A stretch of DNA of 64,000 bases from Squalus acanthias (GCA_030390025.1 CM059432.1:40240001-40304000), one strand, 5' to 3'. Positions 24,256 to 38,581 are shown, numbered from the stretch's first letter. Numbers and translations are program-made. The notes: generated from the letters alone by a model not told the origin.

Positions 24256-27200
24256 CTCCAAGGAAGTGGTCACAGAATTTTGCCACCTCCGGCAACCAGA
24301 CGTGCAGGGTGAGAGCAGGGCGAACACCGCTCTCCCAGTGGCAGTCTAGATCAACGTGGCCCTCAATTTCTTCACCAGCGGATCCTTCCAGTCTGTAGCT
24401 GGAGACATAGCTAACATTTCCCAGTTCGGCGTCCATCTCTGCATCCGGGAGGTCACTGGGGCTCTCTACACCAGGAGAAGGGATTACGTTGCCTTCTCTC
24501 TGAGCAGAGAGAAGCAGGACGAACGCGCATGTGGCTTTGCCAGGATAGCGGGCTACCCCATGGTACAGGGCGCTATCGACTGCACCCACGTGACTTTCCG
24601 AGCACTGTATAACAATCCTAAGAACTTCCGTAACCGCAAAGGCTACCACTCACTTAATGTGCAATTGGTGTGCAACCACACCCAGCACTTCCTGATGGTC
24701 AATGCCCGCTATCCTGGTAGCAGCAATGATGCCATCATCCTGTGTCAGTCGGGTGTGCCAGCAATCTTTCAGCCACCACATGAAACTCGAGGGTGGCTGC
24801 TCGGAGACAAGGGCTATCTGCTCTGCACCTGATTGATGACTCCCCTCCGCAACCCCACCACTCGTGCCCAGCATTCATATAATAAGAGCCATGCTTCCAC
24901 CAGGAACATCATCGAACAGACCATCGAGCTGCTGAATCAACAGTTCCACTGCTTTGACCGCTCGGGAGGAGGCCTCCAGTGGGTGTCCCATTTTGTGGTG
25001 GTCTGCTGCATGCTTCACAACTTGGCCATCATGAGGGCATAGCACTTCCTTACAGGGATTGCGGGACCACCTCAGGAGGAGGAGGAGGAGGAGGAGGAAG
25101 TGGAACAAGAGGAAGAGGAAGAGGATGAGCAGAGAGAGAGGAGGCAGGCAGCCAATCCCCCTTCCAGCTGGACTGTCCGTAAACACATCATCAGACTCCG
25201 ATGAATGAAACCTCAGATTCCCATTGCTCACCACATCCCCATCATACCATTCCTTTGTCATGGAATATCACAGTGTCCTCCTGGGCACAAAGCTGAAATG
25301 AGAGCTACCAAACAAAGTTAATAAGTTGATCCAGAATCAATTGACACATATTTACACTTACGATATGAACTAATCACCCTTGTGCAATCCCTTAGTGCCT
25401 GGCTTTCGGGTGCCCTTCCCCAATCTAGTGCTGCTATGAAGTGCTCCCCCAGTGGCTGCGGCATGGCTGTGGAAGGCTACTGAGTTTACATGGGGGAGAC
25501 TTCAGATGGCCTTGCAGGGTGACCTCGAACAGCTCTGGCCCTAAAAGGCCCGGCAGTAGACTGCACCACCTCGGCATGGGCGGCAGCAGTCTGAGCTGGC
25601 TGGCTGACAGGTAGCGGCAAGGGCAATGGCATAGTGGCAGTGGTGGGAACAGGAATGCTATCATCCTGAGAGAGAATTGAGAAGTCGCACAACACCAGGT
25701 TATAGTCCAACAACTTTATTTGAAATCACAAGCTTTCGGAGCGCTGCTCCTTCGTCAGGTGAAGTCCTGACGAAGGAGCAGCGCTCCGAAAGCTTGTGAT
25801 TTCAAATAAAGCTGTTGGACTATAACCTGGTGTTGTGCGACTTCTCACTTTTGTCCACCCCAGTCCAACACCGGCATCTCAGCATCCTGAGAGAGGACAG
25901 CAGGGTTCTGCTCCACTGCTCCACTGCCACTCCCCCGGGGTGGCGCCACAGTATCCATAGCAATCTGTTGGAGCAAAGATTGCTGGGTGGCTGCGACACC
26001 CTGAAAGCCCTGGTTCGACACTGGTAAACCCAGCCATGATGGCAGCAGTCTGAGCTTGGATGGCAGCAAACTGAAACTGCATGAGAGTGGTCTGCGCTTC
26101 CTCTGCAGCACTAAGATATTGGGTCACTTCCGCCTGTGCTGCAATGGTTGCTGCGACATTTCCCATCACACGCATCAACATATCTGGGTTGACACAGTCT
26201 CTTCGGGAGTCCTCCATCATTTCCAGTCTGGAAATCCTGGGCTCCAAACACTGCGCAGAGCCCTGTGCAATGTTGGAGGCGGTCTCCTCCATGCTCCTTG
26301 ACATTGCCAAGAGGTTCTCTGGCAGGCTTGCCATTGCACCTAGCAATTCGGGGTGCATGCCAATCACCCTTCTTCTGAAGGTCACGCCTTCGAGGTGTTC
26401 ATCTGAGTCCTGTGCAGCAGAACTCGCGCGCAAACTCACCCTCCGAAGAGCTGGCCCCCGAGCTACTCTTTCCATCTGGCCTTGCTGCAGCCCACTTGTG
26501 CCCAGTGCCTCACCCTGTGCAGATCCCACTTCTACACTAGCCTCTAAAGTACGCACAGTGCCAGTTCCTGAGCTGGTGTCTGCGAGTGACAGATGCAGTG
26601 ACGCTATATCTTCTTCTTCTTCTCCTCCCCCCTTGATCTCCTGCATCACCTCGGGGACAGGCTGGTCGGGTGCTTAGTCTAGATTACCTGAAAGCAGAAA
26701 GGCACAAGAGACAGGTTATGGCGAGGGGAGGCGGGGTGAAGCAAGGTATGAATGCATATAGCATCAGCAGCTTGAAAGTGAGAAGAGATTGTGGGATGAG
26801 GGGGAAGTAGGATGTGAGAAGAAGGATTAGGAATGAGCATACCATCCCCAAGGGCTTCAACCTCAGCGGTTACCACGGCCTCTATTACCTGTTGCCCAAT
26901 GATCGCCAGCACTCACTCCTCCAGCTGACGGAGGTCCTGGATGGCAGCTTGCACCTGGCCTGTCTGCCGCTGCTCTCTCTGATTATGCGCTACCTTGGCC
27001 AGCAAGAGAAAGAGATGTGTGTGAGTAAGTGTGGTGAAATGTGTTTGGGTGATGTGCCTGCCATGGTTGAATAGCTGTCAGTGTGTGCAAGGTGTGAGAT
27101 GTGGGTGTGAGTGTTGCAGCAGTGGTAATGTTGTGAGGGTTTAGTAAAGCTATGATTGTGACGTGTGAGTGGTGATAGGTAGAGATTTTTGGTAGATGAG

Positions 27201-27838
27201 TGATGGGGTGTGGTGCATTGAGCAGTGTGTGAGGCTTGTGGTGCAGATGGTGGGATATGACATTTGCTGAGGCCTTCACTCACCTTGACCTGCCGTGTGA
27301 GGTCATTAAACTTCTTTCGGCACTGGATGGCTGACCTTGGGACCACAGTGCTGGCCATCACATAGGCAGCTATCACCTGCCAGAGCCTTCGAGAGGTGTG
27401 TGGTAAGGGCTTCCTGCCAGTGTGTGGGAAGAGAACAGCCTGCCACCTCTCCACGGCCATGACCAGTGCCTCAAGAGCCATGTCGGAGAATCTGCAGGCT
27501 CTCTCCATGTGCTGAGGCTCTGCCATGTGTTTGCACTGCCAACTTCTTCCAGGTGAAATTGTAAGTGGATTGACAATGAGGGGCTGTAGCATCAATTTAA
27601 GTACTGAATAAAATCTGTGCCAAAAATGACTGGGAATTAGACTGGACCCGATATTGGCCCACCTGTTGAGCGATAAGCTAATGAGCAGTGGTTTTAGAAC
27701 TGAGATTAAGACTACAATCATGTTAATGAGGACTAAGCATGAATTTTGCGTGCTACCTAGACCATTTTGACCTGGCACAACTTAGCATCGTTGGGCCTTA
27801 ACACTGCCCGTTTCGTGGCCATATCCAATTTCTAAGCC
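24256..27838. mobile_element. PIF/Harbinger copy D (same family as B, inverted; transposase-side end lost)
   Basis: Right end ATATCCAATTTCTAAGCC matches the left end of B. Transposase + (24256-~25205) with GAIDCTHV, LLGDKGY and NIIEQTI. Myb gene on - from ATG 27526 with an open 81-codon exon 1 (27284-27526). Confidence 0.92.
25675..25882. mobile_element. Palindromic Penelope-like insertion with hammerhead-like motif and 13-bp TSD
   Basis: 82-bp arms 25678-25759 and 25766-25847 (1 mismatch, 6-nt loop). TSD CATCCTGAGAGAG at 25662-25674 and 25883-25895, single in copy B. CTGACGA-stem-GAAA core present. Confidence 0.8.
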
Positions 27839-28535
27839 AAAGGCCCTTTATCTGAATGCACAAAGCATTCATAACAATATAGATGAATTAGTGGCACAAA
27901 TCGAGATAACTGGGTTTGATCTAATAGCCATTACAGAGACGTGATTGCAGGTGACCAAGGTCGGTAACTAAATATTCCAGGGTACTTGACCTTTTGAAAA
28001 GACAGGCAGAATGGAAAAAATGCGGCGGGAGGGCAGGGGGGTAAAGGTCTAGCCCTGATAATAATGGATGACATAAGGACAGTATTGAGAAAGGATCTTG
28101 GCTTGGAAGATCAGGAAGTAGAATCAGTAAGGGTGGAGATAAGAAATAACAAGGGGCATAAAACACTGGTGGGAGTAGTTTATAGGCCCCCTAATAGTAG
28201 CTATTCCATTGGACAGAGTATTAATCAAGAAATAATAGAGCTTGCAACAAAGGTAATGAAATACTTGTGATGGACTTTAATCTTCATATAGACTGGGCAA
28301 GTCAAATTGGCAAAAGTAGTCTGGAGGACAAGTTCATAGAATGCATTCGAGACAGTTTCCCGGTACAATACGTCATGGACCCAATCAGGGAACAGGCTAT
28401 TTCAAATCTTGTATTGTGTAATGAGACAGGGTTAATTGTAGTAGTAAAGGATCCTCTGGGAAGAGTGATCATAATATGATAGAATTTCACATTGAGTTTG
28501 AGAGTGAAATACTTAAATCCGAAACTAGAGTCTTA

Positions 28536-31235
28536 GGGGAAAAAATTAGTCCCCTTAGCACCTCCCGTTAGCACCAGCAGATGGCGCTAATGGGGTGCTA
28601 GAGCAGTATCGCCAGGGTGAGGTGACTTCAGTGGTGCACGGCAAATCCCGCCCCCCCCACCCCCCCCGTAGCGCCGCTGGTAAGAGTTATCGCCGGGAAC
28701 ATCAACGCCAGGTGGACCATATCATCATTGAGTGTGCAACGCTCACTGACCACCCGATCTGCGAAATTGATTGTTGCCACCTACCTTAGCGCCTGGAGTA
28801 AACACCGACAGGGAGAGCTGGCATGAAGCACCAGGAAGCCAGCTCCAAGGACATTACTTAAAGGGATCATCATTAATGACTTGCAGCTGTCAGGTTAGTG
28901 CAGTTTCAGTGGTTTCCTGTCAGTTTCACATACTCTAAAGGTTTAATTTAGTAATTTCAAAGTTGTTTTGTATCAGGAGTGTTGTGGCACCTAAAAAGTA
29001 GCTACATTTATTCTTCAAAAAATCAAACTGCTACACTCAGTACCATTAATGAGGGCTGTACTGGCGCCATCTCGCCCTCCAGGATCTACGGCAGAGGGAA
29101 CGTAGGCAGCGAGAATGACAGGAACATGTGCACAGAGAGATGAGGAGGGACATCAGGGCTCTCACCAGGAGGCCTTACCCTCCGAGGGTATTCCGAGAGC
29201 ACTTCTCTTACCTTCAATGAAGCAAGGAGCAGTGTGTTAGATGGCTCCGCCTCACCAAGGAGGTGGTCACAGAACTCTGCCACCTCCTCCAAACAAACCA
29301 CCAGCCTCACACCGGGATGACTTAAAGCCCAGATCTCCTTTGCTCACCACATTCCCATCATTCCATCCCTCTCGCAGGCCATTTCACACCACAAAGCTGA
29401 AATGACAGACATCACAAAGAATGGTAAGTGAATTCATAAATATATCAAAAATCAGTGAACACATATTTACAACAAAATTATTAACTATTCACCCTTGTGG
29501 AATCTCTTAGTGCCTCTCATTACTGTGCCTTTTCCTACTCTAGTATTCCTACGAAGTGTTGGCCCAGTGGCTGCAGCAGGGCTGGTGGAAGGCTGCTGAG
29601 TGTCCGTGCGGGAGACTTCAGATGGTCTTGCAGGACGCCCTCGACCAGCTCTGGGCCTGGAAGGCCCGGCTGTAGACTGCACCACCTCAGCAAGAGTTGG
29701 GTTAAGGTGAGGGGAGGGGGCAGGAAGGCAGAAATGTATGCATACAGCATGATTAGCTAGAAAGTGCAAAACACTTGTGGGGTGAGGGGGTAATGGGATG
29801 TGAGAAAAAGGAGTAGGGATGAACATACTGTTGTTGTCCACAAGGGGGTCAACGTCACTGGTGGCCATGGTGCCCACCACCTGGCGCCCAATAATCTGCA
29901 GCACTCTATTCTCCAGTGCAGACAGTGGTTGGGTGCCGGCTTGTCCCCCGCCTGTGCGCTCCTGCTCCCTTCTGTTGTGAACCACCTTGGCCTGGAGGAG
30001 AAAGGAAAGTGTGTGAGTGAGTGTGGAGCAATGTGTTTGGGTGATGTGCCTCCCATAGATGAATAGCTGTCATTGTGTGCAAGAGGTGAGATGTGGGTGT
30101 GAGTGTTGGTAGGTAGAGATTGTTGGTTGTTGGGGTGTGGTGCTTTGGGCAGTGTGTGAAGACTGTGGTTCAGATGGTGGTATGTAGCATTTGTTGAAGC
30201 ATTCACTCACCCTGACCACCTGAGAGAAGTCGTAAATTTCTTCCGGCACTGTGTGTGGGTCCTGGGGACCACAGTGCTGCCTGAGACATGCTGCACTACC
30301 TCCCTCCACATGGTGCGGATGATTGAGGCGAGGGCCTCCTGCCACTTGCCGGGTAGAGCACCGCACTGGTGGCATAGTGGTTAGCACTGGTGCCTCACAG
30401 CGCCAGGGACCCGGGTTCGAATCTGACCTCGGGTGACTGTCTGTGTGGAGTTTGCACATTCTCCCCGTGTCTGCGTGGGTTTCCTCCGGGTGCTCCGGTT
30501 TCCTCCCACAGTCCAAAAATGTGCGGGTTAGGTTGATTTGGCTATGATAAATTGACCCTTAGTGTTAGGGGGGGATTAAATATGTGGGGTTATGGGGATA
30601 GGATGGGATATGTTAGGGGGAATTAAATACGTGGGGTTACGGGGGTAGGGTGGGATATGTGTACTGTGGGGATTAAAAGCAGGGACAGGGTACTGGATTT
30701 GGATGATCAGCCATGATCGTATTGAATGGTGGAGCAGGCTCGATGGGCCGAATGGCCTACTCCTGCTCCTAGATTCTATGTTTCTATGTTTCTATGTCTT
30801 TCCACAGCGAAAACCAGCGCCTCCAATGCTTCATCGCAGAATCTGCGGGCTCTCTCCCTGGGGCTTGGCTCTGCCATGAGTAAACCTGGTTCAGTCCTCC
30901 AGCTCCTTCTACTTGTCCTGCTTCTGCTTGCTGAGGCAGCTGCACAGCCAGCAATGCTGAGAATGAGGTTCTACAGCATCAATGAACCTTCCCTTTAAGT
31001 ACTGAAAAAAGCCTGTGGCAATCATGACTTGCGATTTGACTGCACTGATATTAGTCCACCCTTTGAGTGTAACGCCAATGGACTTGGGCTTTAAGGCTTG
31101 AATTAGGACTCCAATTATTTTTTTGAGCAGTGAGCACGAATTTTGCATGCAGTCTAAAGCATTAGCGCCTATCGCTAACTCTCCACCTTTTCTACTGACA
31201 CCGTCCATTCCTTGGCTATAATGAATTTCTAGCCC
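28536..31235. mobile_element. Harbinger copy E (internally deleted)
   Basis: Ends GGGGAAAAAATT / AATTTCTAGCCC with flanks TTA / CTA in the split CR1; transposase 5' remnant + at ~29050-29310; Myb gene remnant - from ATG 30877. Confidence 0.85.
30362..30796 (+). mobile_element. tRNA-derived V-SINE (HE1-like) with CR1-derived tail
   Basis: A box TGGCATAGTGG, B box GGTTCGAATC, V-domain TGTGTGGAGTTTGCACATTCTCCCCGTGTCTGCGTGGGTTTCCTCCGGG, CR1 tail ending (TTTCTATG)n; inserted in the Myb exon of E. Confidence 0.88.
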
Positions 31236-34200
31236 CTAAACTTTAATAAAGCCAATTGGTATGAGGGGCGAGTTGGCAATGGTAGATTGGGAAATTAAAT
31301 TAAAAGGTATGATGGTAGATAAGCAGTGGCAAACATTTCAAGAAATATTCCAAAATTCTCAATGAATATACATTCCATTGAGAAATAAAAACTCCACGGG
31401 AAAAGTGATCTATCTGTGGCTGACTAAAGAATTTAAGGATAGTATTAGATTAAAAGAAGAGGCTTATTATGTTGTGAAGAATAGTAGTAAGCCTGAGGAT
31501 TGGGAGAGCTTTAGATACCAGCAAAGGATGACCAAAAAATTAATTAAAAGGGACAAAATAGAATATGAGAGTAAACTAGCAAGAAATATAAAAACAGATT
31601 GTAAGAGCTTCTACAAGTATGTAAAAAGGAAGAGAGTAGCAAAAGAAGTGGCCCCTTAGAGCCTGAGCCAGGGGAAATTATAATGGGGAATAAGGAAATG
31701 GCAGAGACTTTAAACAAATATGTTGTATCTGTCTTCAAAATAGAAGACACAAAAAGCATACCAAAAATAGTGGGGATCCAAGATGCTGATGAGAGTGAGG
31801 CACTTAAAGTAATTAAGATCAGTAGAGAAAACGTACTTAAGAAACTAATGGGACTAAAAGCCAACAAATCCCTTGGACCGGATGGCCTACATCCTAGGGT
31901 TCTAAAAGAGGTGACTGCAGAGATAGTGGATGCATTGGTTGTGATCTTCCAAAATTCCCTAGAGTCTAGAAAGGTCCCAGCGGATTGGAAGGTAGCAAAT
32001 GTAACCCTGCTATTCAAGAAGGGAGGGAAGAGAGAAAACAGGGAACTACAGGCCAGTTAGCCTGACATCAGTTGCTGGAATCCATTATTACGGAAGTGGT
32101 AACAGGGCACTTAGAAAATCATAATATGATTAGGCAGTGTCAACACAGAGTTTGACAAATTTATTAGAGGTTTTTGAGGATGTAACTAGCAGGGTAGATA
32201 AAGGGGAACCAGTGGATATAGTATATTTGCAATTTCAAAATGCATTTGATAAGGTGCCACATAAAAGGTTGTTACGCAAGATAAGGGCTCATGGGGTTGG
32301 GGGTAATATATTAGCATGGATAGAGGATTGGTTAACAGACAGAAAACAAAGAGTAGGGATAAACGGGCCATTTTCAGGTTGACAGGCTGTAACTAGTGGG
32401 GTGCCACAAGGATCAGTGCTTGGGCCTCAGCTATTTACAATCTATATTAATGACTTAGATGAAGGGACCGAGTGCAATGTATCCAAGTTTGCTGATGATA
32501 CAAAGCTAGGTGGGAAAGTAAGCTGTGAGGAGGACACAAAGAGCCTGCAAAGGGATATAGACAGGTTAAGTGAGTGGACAATAAGGTGGCAGATGGAGTA
32601 TAATGTGGGGAAATGTGAGGTTATTCACTTTGGTAGGAAGAATAGAAAAGCAGAATTTCTTTTAAATGGTGAGAAACTATTAAATGTTGGTGTTCAGAGA
32701 GATTTAGGGATCTTGTACAGGAAACAGAGAGTTAGCATGCAGGTACAACAAGCAATTACGAAGGCAAATGGCATGGTGGCCTTTATTGCAAGGGGGTTGG
32801 AGTACAAGGGCAACGATGTCTTGCTACAATTGTACAGGGCTTTGGTGAGACCACACCTGGAGTACTATGCACAGTTTTGGTCTCCTTATCTAAGGAAGGA
32901 TATACTTACCCTAGAGAGGGTGCAACGAAGGTTCACTAGATTGATTCCTGGGATGAGAGGATTGTCCTATGAGGAGAGATTGAGTAGATTGGGTCTATAC
33001 TCTCTGGAGTTTAGAAGAATGAGAGGTGATCTCATTGAAACATATAAGATTCTGAGAAGGATTGACAGGGTAAATGCTGAGAGATTGTTTCCCGTAGCTG
33101 GAGAGTCTAGAAATCGGGGGCATAGTCTCAGGATAAGGGGTCGTCCATTTAAGACTGAGATGAGGAGGAATTTCTTCATCAAAGGGTTGTGAATCTTTGG
33201 AATTCTCTATCCTAAAGGGTAGAGATGCTGAAATGTTGAGTATATTCAAGGCTGAGATAGATAGATTTTTGAACTCTAGGGGAATCAATGGATATGGAGA
33301 TCGGGCAGGAAAGTGGAGTTGAGGTCGATGATCAGCCATGATCTTATTGAATAGTGGAGCAGGCTCGAGGGGCCATATGGCCTACTCCTGCTTTTAATTC
33401 TTATGTCCTTATGTCCTTATGAGCAGGGGACTGAAACTAATTGGATAGCTCTACCAGAGAGCCGGCACAGGCACGATTGGCCGAACGGCCTCCTTCTGTG
33501 TTGTATCATTCTACGATTTTATGATTACATTGTCTGTGAGCACATCTCTGCAACTTCCCACAGTCTAACAACTTTTTGAAAAAGAGATTTTTGCCAAGCA
33601 ATCTAAGTTCTGAGTTATAATGCCAGGTATGCGTCCTACAAGTGATCTATTTTGTGTTCAGTGGAATGAAACTGTCTGAAGAACCAAACACAAAATTGTA
33701 CTCTTGAACACCCATCATTGCTTTTCCAGACAGTTCACTTCAGCTCAGTTCCTGGAAAAGCCTGCTTTGAAATTAGCTATACAGCTGGTGTTGGAACACA
33801 GGAGATACAATTTTTTGGGATAATTTGTTTTTTGTAATATACCTTTTGTTTGCAGACACCATCGGTGACACTATCAGTCCTACATCATTCATTTCTTATT
33901 ACAATTATCTGGTCAAATTATGTGACATTTAACCTGGATTACTGTGCCCCTTTCAATTTCTGATATGTAGCAAAATTTGAATACAAAATTAGATTAACAA
34001 GACAAAATTGCAATGGTGAAAATGTGAAATAAAACACAAAATTCTGTTTTTATTTTTAATACCAAATTAATTTCTGAATGATCTAATATTCCACCATATG
34101 TCTACAGTGAAAGCTGCCAGATGGCACTGTGGGCTGTGGACTTGAAAAATGCTCCCCATATGACACACTCCTAATCTCAGCTATGTTGCTGGAGGGAAAT

Positions 34201-35624
34201 GCCAAGCACACGGTAGTGTGGACTACATTATTACTGACCTACTTCCTTTCATAGGAAGGAAAATTTGGGTAGTGTAATTTTGTCAAACCTCAACTAACAA
34301 ATAGCAAATGTCTGAGACTAAGGTCCCTAGCAGAATAGTGTGCTACTTCGTGAATCTAAAGGTGGATATATATTATGAAAATCTTTTTAAAATCTCCATG
34401 AGGAGGTTCTAAGTTGCTCAACTGATTAATCAGTGAGCAGATCAAAGATTTTAGTGACCACAAAGTTTCCAAGTTTGATTCCTAGTCTGTGTTGAGTTCG
34501 CTGAATTCAGCCAAGTGTACTAAAATCACTGCCCTGTCCAGTAACATAACATAGAAACATAGAAGATAGGAGCAGGAGTAGGCCATTCGGCCCCTCGAGC
34601 CTGCTCCGCCATTCGATGAGATCATGGCTGATCATCTAAACTCAGTAACCTTTACTGGAAGTGCGTATGTCTGGATATTGAATTATGAAAGAAGTGGAGT
34701 TGGCTATGATGTTCTCCCATGATCAAATAGCCTGTTATCACTCACTGACAAGGCTCACACATGAAAAATGGCCACTTAGGCAAGGTACTGCATGGAACCT
34801 CATCAACAAATTGAAGCTTTCAGGAGAGGAGGGTAGTGTTTAAAATTTTCGTGAAGGAGGGGAACAAAATCGCCATGAAGATATTACTTTAGCATTCTTC
34901 TTGCAAACACTATTGTGTGGCCTCAAGCTTATACTCCACACCATTGTAGTGACATTTTTATTGCTAGTTAGCTCTAATGAGACACAGTCTTGCTGGCCTA
35001 GGTTTTAAATCCTAGTCTTGAGTGGATGTGAACTATCCTACCCTCTATGATGATAGCAGAATGTGTTATCTGTCTTAGCTGAGCTGAGGTTAGCATTAAT
35101 GTAGACAAGGTTATCCTGGTTTGAGTACAGCATGCAAATAGGAAGGCAGCAGAATTGGGCTGTGGGGTGGGGTGAGGGGAGGGAGAGAAAGAAAGATAAC
35201 ATTCTTTAATTAAAAAATAAATAAGTTCTTAATACAGTAAACATGTTTTTATTTATAATAGATGTCTTGAGCCAGGTAAGTACAACACATTACAATCAAA
35301 TATCCTTTGCTATTTTATAGGAAACCAGACAAAGGTTGTAAAAAGCTGAAATTGCAAAAAGAAAATTAAAGTATTGGGATGTTATAAGATATTTTCTCCT
35401 CTTCTACTTTTTTTTGGTCTTCTGAATGTCAGTTCAAGAGGATGGAGGGCAGGCTACCCTCTCCAGAGAATATGCCACTTGAAACTGGATACGATTTGTA
35501 CAAATGAAAAGAGAAACAAATGCAAATATCAGTTTAATTTAAAATAATGAAAGGATTAGACTTTACCCAAGTCGATAGGTTATTCCATCTAGATAGGTTA
35601 GGGAGGACCAAGGGACATAATGTA

Positions 35625-36215
35625 TAGAATCGTAGAATCGAACAGCATAGAAGGAAGCCATTCGACTCATCATGCCTGTGCTGCGTCTTTGAAAGAGCGA
35701 TCAAATTAGTCCCCCTTCCCACTCTTTCCCCAAACCCCTCCAATTTTTTTCCTTTTCCAATATATATCCAATTCCCTTTTGAAATTTACCATTGAATCTG
35801 CATTCACCACGCTTTTAAGCAGTGCATTCCAGATCATAACAACTCGCTGCAAAATCTGCTTATCTCCCCTCTGGTTCTTTTGCAAATGATCTTAAATCTG
35901 TGTCCTCTCATTACCAACCCATCTGCCGGTGGAATCAATTTCTCCTTATTTATTCTTAAGCCCTCATAATTTTGAACACCTCTATTAATTCTTCCCTTAA
36001 CCTTCTGTGCTCTAAGGAGAACAATTCCAGCTTCTCTAGTCTCTCCACATAACTGAAGTCCCTCATCCCTGGTATAATTCTGGTAATTCTCTGCACCCTC
36101 TCCAAGGCCTTTACATCCTAAAGTGTGGTGCCCAGAATTCTCAAAATGCATCACACCTCTCTGCATTAAATTTCATCTGCATGTGTCTGCCCATTTCACC
36201 AGCCTGTCTATTATC
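35625..36215 (-). mobile_element. CR1 LINE 3' fragment
   Basis: TAGAATCGTAGAATC tail and reverse-complement ORF2 end (RGHRFKII). Confidence 0.8.
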
Positions 36216-38149
36216 CTCCTCCTAAATTATTCATGATGTAAGCATAGAACTAGGTTAGATGCTTGGAGATATGTCTTTTCAGTGAGAGTCCTTGACCTCT
36301 GGAACAAGTTGCAAGTATGTGCAGTGAATGTAGATTTGCTGGAAGCATTCAAAACAGAGCTGGCTGAGTTCCTGATATTGGGGAATGTATCACCCAGTCA
36401 AATAAGGCTGACCAGTGCTCTGTACAACTACAGCAGTACTTAGACATTAGAAATGTTGGCAGAGAAGGAGGACATTGGGCCCACTTTGAATTCACGCTCC
36501 TCTTGGCACCCAATTTTAAACAGTCCCATTTTCCTGCTTTCTCCCCAGAACTTTTTATATTTTTCTTCTTTATGTAATTATCCAGTACGTTTTTAAATGT
36601 TGTCATTGCTTTAGCATTTATCCCTACTTGTGACAAAGAATTTCACATTCCAATAATTCCTTGCATGAAAAAAATGGGAAGGACTTTATTATGGCCCGGA
36701 ATTCACTGAAATGCCAATATTGGCAACGGACGGCATAAGTTAGACCGTTGTGCTTTCCGATCCTCCTGTGGCGAATTCATGCCACAGTTTGCTGGAAAAA
36801 TAATTCGAATATGCTGCAGCAAACACAGCAGCATGGCCAGTGTCTGATACACATCCAAGTTACCAGGGGCCAAAACAGAATGGAACAATTGATTATTTAA
36901 TGTTTCCATAAAAGTAAAAGGGCTAAACAATTTGTGCAGGTTTCCCATTTCCATATTTTAAAAGTTGATTAGTATCTACAGTTTGAACCTTGATGCTTTG
37001 TTGCTTCCTGAGTTCCCATGAAAGCGGGTATTGAAAGAAATCATACATCCTCTTTTTATTCCATCTGATCCTGTTCTGCTGAAATCCTGTAAATGATTCA
37101 CTTCCAGTCAAACTTAGTGGGCAATTATGGCTTTTTTTCAAGACTTTTAAAACTAAACTTACTGTAATGAGTAAATAAAAGTTGTTCTGCAAAATATTAT
37201 TCCAAAATACATATTAATAAATGTTTCAGAATATTGAAAAAGGTCTCTAATATAAACACCACAGTATGAAAAAAGCACTGTAAACATTACAACAAAAACA
37301 TCTTCAAAAATTATTCCTCATTAAGGGCTATATACTCATGGAATTTCCTTGCACCCATCCAAAATGGAAGAAAAACTGTAATTCTAGGAAATTGTACTCA
37401 TTTAAATATTTTTGCGTGCATTCTGGGTCCTTTGTGAGGTTGTGGCACAAACTTTACTCTAGAGCTCTAACACACTAAATTCACCAGGTAGAAAACGGGT
37501 ATAAGGAATTGGGCGCAAATTGTGCTTAATGCCCGCTTATTCAATTTTCCAACCCTCCTGTGCCCATTCTATGCCTACACCCATTCTATGCCTGTGTAAC
37601 CAACATAGCTGATCAGAAAATGTACTCTGTAAACTGGATCAAGTATATATTTTTCCATAATTTGTCAGTCTCCTGTGGCAATGCATATGGCGAGTCAAGA
37701 CAAAGTGCATTCTTTAGATGAAAATGGGGTTCGTGGGCAGGGAATAATTGGACCATGGCAGATATAATTCAGTCTCCATTTTAAACTCAAACATTCTGTC
37801 CTAATTTTATATAATTCTTTAAGCTATTATTTAAATACCACAACTCTCAGCAGTTTGGGAAGCAGAGAAGTAGAATTGGTTGGAGCATAAGCATTACAGG
37901 TTGAGGAGCTGGGAGACTCAAAACTGAGGCACTACAGTGCACCACTGGCAGGAGGTGGCATTACAGTGTGACAAGTTTACCTATGCAGTTTCCATTATAA
38001 ATGTGGACATGGGAATTTATAATGGAGAAAGTTGACGCAAAGATGTAACAAAAACATGACAATTGGAAGTAAGGTTTTATAGACAGGAAATGTGTGCTGA
38101 CATAAACATTTTCTTATATGTGGATAGAGCATTCAGTGTAATTTAGATT

Positions 38150-38581
38150 GTAATTTTGGGTCTATGTTCTCTAGAGTTTAGAAAATTGAGAGGTGATCTC
38201 ATTGGAACATACAAAATTCTTAGAGGGCTTGACAGGGTAGATGTTGAGAGGCTGTTTCCCCTGACTGGAGAGTTTAGAACGAGGGTTCATAATCTCAGGA
38301 TAAAGGGTCAGCCATTTAGGACTGAGATGAGGAGAAAATTCTTCACTCAGAGGGTTGTGAATCTTTGGAATTTTCTACCCCAGAGGGCTGTGGATGCTCA
38401 GTTGCTGAGTATATTCAAGACGGAGATCGATAGATTTTTGTGCACTAAGGGAATCAAGGGATATGGGGATAGTGCAGGAAAGTGGAGTTGATGTAGAGGT
38501 TCAGCCATGATCTTATTGAATGGCGGAGCAGGCTCAAGGGGCCGTATAGCCTACTCCTGCTCCTATGTCTTATGTTCTTAT
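38150..38581 (+). mobile_element. CR1 LINE 3' fragment
   Basis: LGLCSLEFRKLRGDLI...FFTQRVVNLWN plus standard tail. Confidence 0.9.

Larger units (their letters stand above)
27839..33422 (+). mobile_element. CR1 LINE ORF2 (endonuclease + RT + tail), interrupted by Harbinger copy E
   Basis: LYLNAQSI, GVVYRPP, GPDGLHPRVLKE, PQGSVLGP, FADDTKL, LVRPHLEY motifs; (CTTATGTC)n tail; reading rejoins as ETRVL|NFNK across E. Confidence 0.93.

Noticed and set aside
30362..30435. tRNA gene (also 61850-61920)
   Set aside because: A and B boxes run into SINE bodies and LINE-derived tails; these are SINE heads, not tRNA genes.
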